From: the human T2T-CHM13v2.0 reference genome, Homo sapiens
Assembly: GCF_009914755.1 (NCBI RefSeq)
Contig: NC_060929.1
Length of the DNA stretch: 64,000 bases
Strand: one strand, 5' to 3'
Part shown: one piece after another, positions 14,360 through 30,173 of the stretch
Layout of the letters: each line of letters starts with the position of its first letter
How positions within the stretch are numbered: position 1 is the first letter of the stretch
Made by a program: the position numbers and the translations under genes
The notes under the pieces: generated by a model
What the model saw: only the letters and a program-made list of their open reading frames with translations
Database searches by the model: none
Told to the model about the DNA's origin: nothing

Positions 14360-14755
14360 CGAACCATGAGTGGTCAGGATGGACTTATAGCATCCCCCAG
14401 GTGAAATCTTCATGGTTCCTCTCCATCCGCACTGACTCCAACTCACCAACTGTGCTTGGAACAGCTTCGCGTTCCAACTCCCTGGAAATCTGTTGTCCCA
14501 AGCCAACTTGCGGTCACGAATCCAATCATATCCTTGTGCAGCTGAACATCTTTGACGAATCTTCGCCATTTTGTTTCACCCTTGCTTGCCCCAAGAGCCA
14601 CTTCCCTTCCAGCTGGGTCAGCCAAAGACCTCTCTGTCCCTCAGTCTTCTAGCGCCCCTCTATGGTACTTCTGTTGTACTGCAAATAACGTATGCTAATC
14701 CTCCTTTCATTGTTCCCCATTTCTTCCCAACTACTCTTTGCTACCCGCAGTAAGT
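14360..14755. promoter_or_regulatory. Candidate promoter / bidirectional TSS region
   Basis: About 11 CpG in 390 bp of non-repeat DNA; CCAATCA (14522), TGACG (14553), YY1-type CGCCATTTT (14564-14572); donors GTGAGT on - (14446) and GTAAGT on + (14750). Confidence 0.45.
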
Positions 14756-15855
14756 AAAGCACCAACTTTACCTAAATTGCACTTTTCATTTTCTCTGTAA
14801 CAATGATCTTCCCACTTTTGGTTTGCTTACTTACCAAAACATGGAAAGCTAAGTACCCATTCACATATTTTGTAAATGTTCTCTCAAATTTTTCATCATA
14901 AATTTAAATAATTGCAAAAGGTGATGTTTCCGGTGTATTGTAAATAACAACATTTAAAAACAAAACTGCTGCATGTTTTTATAAATTCGTCCAATGAAAG
15001 TTAAATACCCTAGCAACTTGGTTTGCAACTATTTAAAAACACATAAATGAACATTTAACATACATGCTACATCGTTGCTTTTTTTAGGCATCAAAAAGAA
15101 TGCCCCTCACATAATTTACCATAATAAAATATATCTTTATGCTATTTTAATCACCCTGTAATACTCTCCGCAACTGACATATGTATGTTATTTGAAATAT
15201 GAATTTACTTTTAATTGCTTGTATCCATAATCCTCTCATCCATATAATTTCTTCTAGATTGAAGTAGCCATTGAAATTATTGGTAGTATACAATTGTTCC
15301 AAACAACATATATATTACAAAGTTCAATAAATAACTAAATTGAACATAAAAAGTAAAATTTTATTGGACATATGTCTTTTAATAAAATGAGAATTTTTTC
15401 AATTAGTTCACTAAATAATAATAATTATTTTAATGAGACACAGCTCAGTATCAATTTTACTCATGTTTTTTATTTTTTATAAATGTAAGTACTGAAAAAA
15501 CCTAGTCCTATAAATATGTATAGAAGGAATTTTATTATAGCAATATAATTTAATGATTTGAACTCTTTTTAAGTTACATAGCAAAAATTCCACAAGGAAC
15601 CATCTTCAAGAGTCATTTTTAGTAATTTGCCAACTGGCTACTTTTATTGGAAACAAGGAATTGGAAGCCACTTGAGTTGCAAAAGGTCTATAATCTGACA
15701 AAATCGTCCACTTTCTGAAATCTGGAAAATACAACAAAAAGGCTTTATCCAAAGTTGTCAAGTGATTGATATGTCTTGTTCACTTTCAGGAAACTTGTTT
15801 AACCCAATATATACAGAAAGGTTTGAAAAACTCGAAATAATATTGACTTGAAATG

Positions 15856-16211
15856 TGGAAGGGATAGCAGGCACCATGTCCAGCCATGAAGGTGGCAAGA
15901 AGCCCCTGAAACAGCCCAGAAAGCAGACCAAGGAGATAGAAAAGGAAAATAAAGGTTTTTCAAGCAGAAGCCAAAAGTGGAGCAAAAGAAACTCAAGAAG
16001 CTAAAAGCAAAGGCTACGAGGAAGGGCCCCAGGCCACAGGTGGAATTAAGAAATCTGGGAAACCATGAACTGTTCCTTATGCCTGAGGCAATGGTGCCCC
16101 TTGATCCCATTCATATTTAAAGATCTGCCATAACATGTCTTGCCACCTGGCTAGAATGAAATGTTGTCTTGGAGCCTGCTGTACATTTAAGAATAAACTA
16201 TTGTAAAAAAA
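15856..16211 (+). pseudogene. TMA7: Processed pseudogene of TMA7 (translation machinery associated 7, CCDC72)
   Basis: ATG 15876; conceptual MSSHEGGKKPLKQPRKQTKEIEKENK/FKQKPKVEQKKLKKLKAKATRKGP/ATGGIKKSGKP* (TGA 16066-16068) matches TMA7 MSGREGGKKKPLKQPKK...GGIKKSGKK; intronless, two frameshifts, 3' UTR, AATAAA at 16192, residual A tail. Confidence 0.95.
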
Positions 16212-16450
16212 TTACACTGTCATACATTTTTCAATAAAATTATTTTATCTTCATTTGTGTTTTAAATATACTTGCAGGTTTTACTCATTCAACAAGTGGA
16301 GAATCCTTGTCAAATTAAGTCAGACAGCCAAGTCAAGTATTGTTGAAGAAAAAGTCTGAAATTAAATAAGTATTGAATTAAATTTAAGATTATTACATGT
16401 GAATTCTAAATACAAAATAGGAAAGAGAAGAAAGGAAGGACATATAGGGA

Positions 16451-16705
16451 TTTTTTTCTTTTAAGAGAGAGAGTCTTTCTCTGTTGCCCAGGGTGGAGTG
16501 CAGTGGGTGCTATCCACTAGTGGTTCTAGTAATCTTCTTGTTTCAGCCTCCCAAGTAGCTGAGACTACAGGTGTGCACCACCACACCCAGCTGACTTTTC
16601 TTTTGTACAGATGTGGTCTGACCTTGAAATTTTAGCCTCAAGCAATCCTCCCACCTTGGTATCCCAAAATCCTAGGATTACAAGCATGAGCCACCACACC
16701 TGGCC
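16451..16705 (-). mobile_element. AluJ-like element, internally deleted
   Basis: Diverged reverse Alu with CTCAAGCAATCCTCCCACC. Confidence 0.85.
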
Positions 16706-16760
16706 TCAGAAATAGAACTTTGTTATGAGTGTGTTACCTGGATGCAATAAAGTGCTATAG

Positions 16761-16762
<2 letters not shown>

Positions 16763-16804
<42 letters not shown>

Positions 16805-17076
16805 AGGTCTTATTCTGTTGCCCAGGCTGAGGGCAGTGACACAATCACATGTAACTGCAGCCTTGACCTCCTAGGCTCAAGCGATCCTCTTACCTCAGCC
16901 TCTCAAGTAGCTAGGACTACAGGCATGCACCACTACACCTGGCTAATTTTTGATTTATAGAGACAAGGTCATGCTATGTTGCCTAGGCCAGTCTAAAACT
17001 CCTGGACACAAGCAGTCCTCCCACTTTGGCTTTCCAAAGTGCTGGGATTACAGGTGTTAGCCATTGCACCTAGTCC
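16763..17076 (-). mobile_element. AluJ element whose tail position is a (TG)~20 microsatellite (16763-16802)
   Basis: AluJ diagnostics; TSD AGTGCTATA(G/A)TC encloses Alu plus microsatellite. Confidence 0.9.
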
Positions 17077-17683
17077 AGTGCTATAATCATTAATATTCAT
17101 TCAGCAAGTATGTGTTGAATGAATGTACCAGAGCCTAGTTCCTAGGGATATAGCAGTAATCAAAAATAGATGAAAGTCTTTGATATAATAGCATTACCAT
17201 GAAAAGAGATGGAGATTACAGGTGAAGTAGGTATTAGGGAAAAGATAGTTCTCTTTTAAATATTTTGTTTGAGATGATTATTAGACATTCAAGTGGAGCA
17301 ATCAAATATGCAATTTGAGTCTGGAGTTCAAAGAAAAATTCAAGGTAGCATCATAGATTTGGGAATTTTCTTCATACAGATGAAACTGGATGACATTATG
17401 GAATGAGTGTAGATAGAAAGGACTAGAGACCCAATGTTAAGATAAATAGGAGAAGAGGATAAAAAGGAGACTAAAAAACTGTAGCCAATTAGGTAAAGAA
17501 AAACATGAAAAAAGTGTTATCCTGGAAGCCAAGGGATGAAATGACTTCCAGGAAAGTAGTGGTGATCAACAATGTCATATGGCATTTAAGTTCAAGTAAG
17601 ACAATGACTTTAGGCTTTGGACTTGGCAAAATGAAGGTCATTGGTGACCTTGACAAGAAAGGTTTTAGAAGATGATGCAGTAG

Positions 17684-18620
17684 ATGGAGTTTAGGACACA
17701 ACACCCCAAAATATGGTACCTTGACACTTGAAGAAACAGCAGAAACAAGAAGGTCATTGTCTTCTTGACAGTTGAAGAAACAGCAGAAAAAAGGTCATTG
17801 TCTTCTTACATTTTGTGCTGCTACAGCAGAATACTACAGACCGGATAATTTATAAAAAGTAGAAGTTTACTTGGCTCATGGTTCTGGAGGCTGGGAAGTC
17901 CAAGATTGAGAAGCTGCGTCTTGTAAGGGCCTTCTCACTCCATCATAACATGGTGGAAGACATCACATGGTGAGAGAGAGCAAGAAATGTCCTAACTAGA
18001 TTCTATACAAACCTACTCTTGGAATAATGAGCCAATTTCTGTGAAAATGACATAAATTCATTCATGAGGGCAGAGCCTCAAGACTTAGTTATCTCTTAAA
18101 GGTTTCACTTCTCAACACTGTTGCACGTGGGATTAAATTTCCAATACATGTTTTTTGGAGGACACATTCAAACCATAGCAGTCAGGCTCACTTTTCCCTC
18201 CCTCTTCTCCCTTGAAGTAGGTAAAAAAAGAATTCTCTGACTTTCTAATGTAAGTTTAGGTCATAAAAACTTTATCCTGAGGTGTCCACCCTGTACCTTG
18301 AGGAAAGAAATAACTTTATCCTTGAAGATACAGAGATGCCAAGAAGAATCTGAATAAACAGGTCTTGCTAAGTTCCCATCAGTTTTTTACCATTAGATCA
18401 TGTCTTTTTGTCCTCCAATCATATTTCTGCATGACTTTTCACAAAAAAACACAGGTTTCCTGCTTTCTTTTAGTCTTCATTTCAAAGGCTCTCAGCTAAT
18501 GTAAAATGTATATTAAACAAATTTGTATGGTTTTCTTTTGACAATCTTTCCTTTGTTATAGGGGCCTCAGCCATGAATCTTGGGATGGGTGAGAGGTAAT
18601 ATTACTTTTCTCCCCCACGC
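17684..18620 (+). mobile_element. MER34/MER39-like ERV1 LTR split by an MST LTR
   Basis: CCCCAAAATATGGTACCTTG and AAGAATCTGAATAAACAGGTCTTGCTAAGTTCCC...CCATTAGATCA motifs; subfamily uncertain. Confidence 0.6.
17799..18180 (-). mobile_element. MSTC/MSTD-like MaLR solo LTR
   Basis: TGTCTT...GGCTCATGGTTCTGGAGGCTGGGAAGTCCAAG...ATTCAAACCATAGCA; TSD approx GTCAT/GTCAG. Confidence 0.75.
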
Positions 18621-19151
18621 AGGAAAAGATTCAGTTGAGTGAGTTTAAGACAGAATGCAAGGAAAAGAACTGGAGACAGTGAGTTGAGACACTCTCCTGA
18701 GGAGTTTTGCTGTAAAGGGGAGCAGAGAAATGGGACAATACACACCCAGTAGGAGAAGTGATATTGAGAGGTTTGTTTTGTTTTTATGATAACAGAAATA
18801 GCAGTTTGTTTATATATTAATTAGGAATGGCCTAATAGATGGCAGAAAATTAATAATCTGGGAAAGAGGGGAGAATGCTTGGAATATTATCTATGCATAA
18901 GCTAGGGAATGGAGTCTATCATGCAAGTGGAAGCATTGGTCTTTTGCCTGTACCTGAAGAGTTTAACAGAAAGAAGGTAGAGTATGCAGATATAAATTGT
19001 CAGTAGATACATTGACAATAATGATGGTGAGAGCCTGTGAAAATTCTCTTGTGATTGCTTCAGTATTTTCATTGAGACTAGGAATCCAAAGGGAGATGTT
19101 GGTGACTTGAGGACTAGGAAAATTTATAAAACAGTCATCTACAAGAATGGC

Positions 19152-21075
19152 TGTATTAATCCATTCTCATATCGCTACAAAGAAATATCTGATACTGGAA
19201 GCATGATGCTGGCATCTGCTTGGCTTCTAGGGAGACCTCAGGAAACTTAAACACAGCAGAAGGCAAAGGGGAAGCAGGCATGTCTTACATGGCTGGAGAA
19301 GAAGCAAGGCGGGGGAAGGTGCCACACATTTTTAAATGGCCAGAACTCCCAAGAACTCACTCACTATACAGTGCCAAGGAGGGATGGTGATAAACCATTC
19401 ATGAAGGATCACCTCCATGATCCAGTCACCTCCCACTAGGCTCCACTTCCAGCACTGGGGATTACAATTTGACATAAGATTTGTTGGGAACACAGAACCA
19501 AACCATATCATTCCACTCCTAGCCCTCCAAATTTCATGTCTTTCTCACATTGCAAAATACAATCATGCCTTCTTAACAGTACCCCAAAGTCTTAACTTCT
19601 TCCAGCATTAACTCAAAATTCCACATTCTTATCTGAAACAAGGCAAGTTCCTTCCACCTATGAGCCTGTAAAATCAAACACAAGTTGGTACCTCCAAGAT
19701 ACAATGAGTGTACAGGCACTGGGTAAATACTCCCATTCCAAAAGTGAGAAATCAGCCAAAAGATTTCATGCAAGTCTGACCAAAAACCAGCAAGGCAGTC
19801 ATTAAACCTTAAACCTCCAAAATACTATCCTTTGACTTCATGTTTCCCATCCAGGGCACACTGGTGCAAAGGATGGGCTTCCAAAGTGTTGGGCAGCTCT
19901 GACCCATGGCTTTGTAGGGTTCAGCCCCTGCAGCTGCTCTCATGGGCTGGAGTTGAGTGCTTGTGGCTTTTCCAGGCACACAGTGCAGGCTGTTGGTGGC
20001 TGTACTGTTCCAAGGTTTGGAGTATGGTGGCCCCCTTCTCACAGCTCCACTAGGTAGTGTCCCAGTGGGGACTTTGTGTGTGGGCTTCAACCCCATGTTT
20101 TCCCTCTTAATTGCCTTAGTAGAAGTTCTCTATGAGGGCTCCATCCTTGCAGCAGACTTCTTCCTGGACAGCCAGGCTTTTCCATACATCCTCTGCCATC
20201 TAGTTGAAGTCTTCCAAGCCTTCATTCCTTTCTTCACACATATGAGCATAGGCTGGTTGAAGCAGCAAGGCCAGATCTTGACTGCTTTGCAGTTTAGAAG
20301 TTTCTTTCACTAGATACCCTAAATCATCACTCTCAAGTTCAAAGTTCCACAGATCCTTAGGGAAAGGGCACAATCCAATCAAGTTATTTATTAAAGCATA
20401 GCAAAAGTGACCTTTACTCCAGTTCCTAATACATTCCTCATTTCCATCTGAGACCTCTCAGCCTGGACTTCATTGTCCCTATCACGATCAGCATGTTGGT
20501 CACAACAATTTAACAAGTCTCTAGGAAGTTCAAAATTTCCCCTTATCTTCCTGTCTTCTTCTGAGCCCTCACCCTTCCAAACTCTGCCTATTACCCAGTT
20601 CCAAAGTTGCTTCCACATTTTCAGGTATCTTTATAGCAATGTTCCACTCCTTGGTACCAATTTTCTATATTAGTCCAGTCTCACATTGCTATAAAGAAAT
20701 ACCTGAGACTAGGTAATTTTTAAAGAGGTTTAATTGGCTTACGGTTCCACAGGCTGTATAGGAAGCATGATGCTGGCATCTTCTTGGCTTCTAGGGAGGC
20801 CTAAGGAAACTTACAAACATGGCAGAAGGCAAAGGGCAGCAGGGATATCTTACATGGCTAGAGAAGGAGCAAGGGAGCAGGGAGGTGCCACACACTTTAA
20901 ACAACCAGATCTCATGAGAACTCACTCACTATAGAGTACCAAGTGGGGATGGTGCTAAACCATTCATGAAGAACCACCTCCATGGTCCAGTCACCTCCCA
21001 CCAGGCCCCACCTTCAACACTGGGGCTTACAATTTGACATGAGACATGGTGGGGACATATAACAAAACCATATTA
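19152..21075 (-). mobile_element. Two-LTR MSTA MaLR element with shortened internal region
   Basis: LTRs about 19152-19510 and 20666-21075 flank MST-int sequence; TSD ATGGC/ATGGG. Confidence 0.88.
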
Positions 21076-21594
21076 ATGGGACATTAAACTCAGACTAGGA
21101 AAATGTAAACTATTTGTCAGGAAGCCTTAAGAGAACACTTAGGATTTGTGAACTTTAAAGTGGTGCTAATCAGCAGTGCTGGCACAGAATCCTTCTGCTG
21201 TGTTAAGCCACATTGACATAGGCATAGAGTAGAGGAGAAGTTGGATTTAACAATTGTTAAATAGACAGTAAAGGATAGGAGAGTCAATGGATTAGGGTCA
21301 ATATTTTCTTATGGATTCTCTATTTGCTTTGCTCTCATATGATAGTAATTCAAGAACGATGCAAAAATTATTTTATTCCCACTCACTCTGTACTATGTTT
21401 GAACCCACAGCATCCAAAAGTGGGTCAAAATCTTTAGTTCCAAAGTCATACTTTGTTGGTCTATTGGATATAAGACACAGAAAGAAATAAGATACAAACT
21501 GTAGATATATAAATCAGATCCATGATTGACAGGGTCTGGGAGAGAAAGAGGTCAGGCTGCAAAGGAGAAAGAGAGAACTTTTTGATATATTGGA

Positions 21595-22006
21595 TGTGTT
21601 AGTCTGTTCTTGCATTGCTAGAAAGAAATACCTGAGACTAGAAAATTCATGAAGAAAAGAGGTTTATTTCAGCTCATGGTTCTTCAGGCTGTACGGGAAG
21701 CACAGTGCCAGCATCTGCTTCTGGTGAAGGCCTCAGGAAGCTTCTACTCATGATGGAAGGCAAAGAGGGAGTAGGCACATCACATAGTGAGAGAAAGAAC
21801 AAGACAAAGGGAGGAGGCAAATGCCATACTCTTTTAAAAAAAAACATATTTCCCCAGAACTCACTCATTACTGTGAGAAGGGCATGAAGACATTCATGAG
21901 GGATCTGTCCCCATGAACAAACACTTCCCATTAGGCCCCCCACTTCAACAATGTGGATTACATTTCAACATGAGATTTAGAGGGGACAAATATCCAAACC
22001 ATATGA
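21595..22006 (-). mobile_element. MSTB-like solo LTR inside an L1M 3' fragment
   Basis: TGTGTTAGTCTGTTCTTGCATTGCTA...ATCCAAACCATATGA; TSD approx TTGGA/GTGGA. Confidence 0.8.
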
Positions 22007-22260
22007 GTGGAAATGTTCTATAACTTGATAAGGGTTATTATTGTTTGACAACATGGATTTGTTAATATTCATTGAACTGTACATAAAATGTAGTAATATT
22101 TGCTGTATATATGTTAGAACTCAATAACCCTGAAATGAAACTAACCCTGCATGAAAATAAACATATAAGTATCACATATGTGAGTATGTATATATACATG
22201 TGTGTATATATATATATATATATACACTCAATAATAAAATAAGAAAGAAGACATAAGACA

Positions 22261-22736
<476 letters not shown>

Positions 22737-22997
22737 TCACCAAACAAACTTAGTTTTACAGCCTGAGGCAATGAAATATAGTAAGATCAGGAATGAATGG
22801 GAGATATGCCTTTCTTTCTTTTTTTCTTAATCATTATTTTTAGTTGACAAATAATAATGGTATCTATTTATGGTATACGGTGTGATATTTTGATACTGTT
22901 AATTAGCATGTCCATCACCTCAAACATTTATCATTTCTTTGTGTTAAGAATATTCAAAATCTTCTCTTCTAACTATTTGAAAAATATACAATAAATT

Positions 22998-23312
<315 letters not shown>

Positions 23313-24342
23313 GGAGTTCCAAGATGGCCAAATAAGAACAGCTCTGGTCTGCAGCTCCCAGCGTGATCGACGCAGAAGACGGGTGATTTCTGCATTTCCA
23401 ACTGAGGTACCTGGTTCATCTCATTGGGACTGGTTGGACAGTGGGTGCAGCCCACAGAGGGTGAGATAAAGCAGGGTGAGGCATTGCCTCACCTGGGAAG
23501 CACAAGAGGTCTGGGGATTTCCCTTTCCTAGTCAAGGGAAGCCATGACAGACTACCTGCAAAACGGGACACTCCTGTGCAAATACTGCACTTTTCTCAAG
23601 GTCTTAGCAACCAGCAGAAAAGGTGACTCTCTCCCATGCCTGGCTCAGCAGCTCCCATGCCCACAGAGCCTTGCTCACTGCTAGCACAGCAGTCTGAGAT
23701 CAAACTGCGAGATGGCAGCCTGGCTGGGGGAGGGGCGTCCACCATTGCTGAGGCATGAGTAGGTAAACAAAGCAGCTGGGAAGCTCAAACTGGGCAGAGC
23801 CCACCCCATATCAACAAGGCCTACTGCCTCTAGACTCCATCTCTGTAGGCAGGGCTTAGCTGAACAAAAGGCAGTAGACAAATTTTGCAGACTTAAACGT
23901 CCTTGTCTGACAGCTCTGAAGAGAACAGTGGTTCTCCCAGCACAGTGTTTGACCTCTGAGAACAGAGAGACTGCCTCTTCAAGTGGGTCCCTGACCCCCA
24001 GGTAGCCTAAATGGGAGACACCTCCCTGTAGGGGCTGACAGACACCTCATATAGGCAGCTGACTCTCTGGGACAAAGCTTCCAGAGGAAGGATCAGGCAG
24101 CAATATTTGCGGTTCTGCAATATTTGCTGTTCTGCAGCCTCTGCTGGTGATACCCAGGCAAACAGCATCTGGAGTGGAACTCCAGCAAACTCCAAAGACC
24201 TGCAGCTGAGGGATCTGACTGTTAGAAGGAAAACTAACAAACAGAAAGGAATAGCATTGACGTCAACAAAAAGGTCATCTACACCATAACCCCATCTGTA
24301 GGTCACCAACATCAAAGACCAAAGGTAGATAAAACCACAAAG

Positions 24343-25366
24343 ATGGGGAGAAACCAGAGCAGAAAAGCTGAAAATTCTAAATATCAGAGCACCTCTTCTC
24401 CTCCAAAGGATCGCAGCTCCTTGCCAACAACAAAACAAAGCTGGACAGACAATGACTTTGATGAGTTGACAGAAGTAGGCCTCAGAAGGTCAGTAATAAC
24501 AGACTTCTCCAACTAAAGGAAGATGTTCAAACCCATCGCAAGAAAGATAAAAACCTTGAAAAAAGATTAGACGAATGGCTAACTAGAATAAAGAGTGTAG
24601 AGAAGACATTAAACGACCTGATGGAGCTGAAAACCATGGCACGAGAATTTCGTGATGCATGCACAAGCTTCAGTAGCTGATTCAATCAAGTAGAAGAAAG
24701 GGTATAAGTGATTGAAGATCAAATTAATGAAATAAAGCAAGAAGACAAGGATAGAGAAAAAGAGTAAAAAGAAATGAACAAAGCCTCCAAGAAATATGGG
24801 ACTATGGGAAAAGACCAAATCTACATTTGATTGGTGTACCTGAAAGTGATGGGGAGAATGGAACCAAGTTGGAAAACACTCTTCAAGATATTATCCAGGA
24901 GAATTTCCCCAACCTAGCAAGGCAGGCCAACATTCAAATTCAAGAAATACAGAGGACACCACAAAGATACTCCTTGAGAAGAGCAACGCCAAGACACATA
25001 ATTGTCAGATTTGCCAAGGTTGAAATGAAGAAAAAAGTTTTAAGGGCAGCCAGAGAGAAAGGTCAAGTTACCCACAAAGGGAAGCCCATCAGACTAACAG
25101 CAGATCTCTCGGCAGAAAACCTACAAGACAGAAGAGAGTGGGGGCCAATATTCAACATTCTTAAAGAAAAGAATTTTCAACCCAGAATTTCATATCCAGT
25201 CAAACTGAGCTTCATAAGTGAAGGAGAAATGAAATCCTTTACAGACAAGCAAATGCTGAGAGACTTTTGTCACCACCAGGCTTGCCTTACAAGAGCTCCT
25301 GAAGGAAGCACTAAACATGGAAAGAAATAACCAGTACCAGCCACTGCAAAACAGGCCAAATTGTAA
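24343..25366 (+). pseudogene. L1 ORF1p remnant
   Basis: IGVPESDGENGTKLENTLQDIIQENFPNLARQANIQIQEIQRTPQRY in ORF 24827-25330; frameshifts and stops. Confidence 0.92.
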
Positions 25367-25429
25367 AGATCTTCGATGCTATGAAGAAACTGCATCAATT
25401 AACGGGTAAAATAACCAACAAACATCATA

Positions 25430-29257
<3,828 letters not shown>

Positions 29258-30173
29258 ACAATGAGATCACTTGGACACAGGGAGGTGAACATCACACACC
29301 AGAGCCTGTTGAGGGCTGTGGGCTGGGGGAGGGATAGCATTAGGAGAAATACCTAATGTAAATGATGAGTTGATGGATGCAGCAAACCAACATGGTGCAT
29401 GTATACCTATGTATCAAACCTGCACATTGTGCACATGTACCCTAGAACTTAGAGTATAATTAAAAAAGGAAGAAAAAGAATATATACAGTAAATTATTGT
29501 TAACTATAGTCACCCTATAGCCCTTAGAACACTAGAAATTATTTCTCCTATCCAGCTGTAATTTGTAACCATTAACTAACCTCTCCCTATCCCTCCCGCT
29601 TTCCCAGCCTCTAATAACCACTATTCTACTCTCTGCTTCTATGAGATCAACTTTTCTGGCTTCCATATATTAATAAGAACATGTGTTATTGGCCTTTCCA
29701 TTCTCAGCTTATTTCACTTAACAAAATATCAAATGGCAAAAAGCTGACTGTAAAAGGGAAGTTGAGAAAAGACAGCTAGAATGACTTTCACCTTGGACAG
29801 ATCAATTTTAGAAAAAGTAATGAAGATAGACCTTTATAATCTAAAAAAAAATCCCCTAAGTCTCTCTTACCCACTTAACCCCATTGAAGAGTTTTTGTGC
29901 ACACTAGTGGTAAAAGTTAACCAGTTTGTTGATAGCTAATCTAAAGAAGGTAGACACTGGAGTTTCAAATGGCTCAACCATTTCCTAGTTATAAAGTACA
30001 AACAAGTAGGCAGAAAAGAGAAATGTAATAAGTATTTATTGACCCCACTTCGTGTGAGGCATTTGGGCTAGATGCTTTCACATATGCTCCATGATTTCAG
30101 TCCTGACATTCACTCCAAAAGAGAGGAAGCATGTATGAGCCTCCACCACAATGCTGACATGCAAAAATTATCT

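Larger units (their letters stand above)
17095..19150 (-). mobile_element. Long L2 remnant interrupted by LTRs
   Basis: ATTCATTCAGCAAGTATGTGTTGAAT terminus; GAAGGTCATTGGTGACCTTGACAAGA and GAGGAGTTTTGCTGTAAAGGGGAGCAGAGAAATGGG L2 blocks. Confidence 0.7.
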
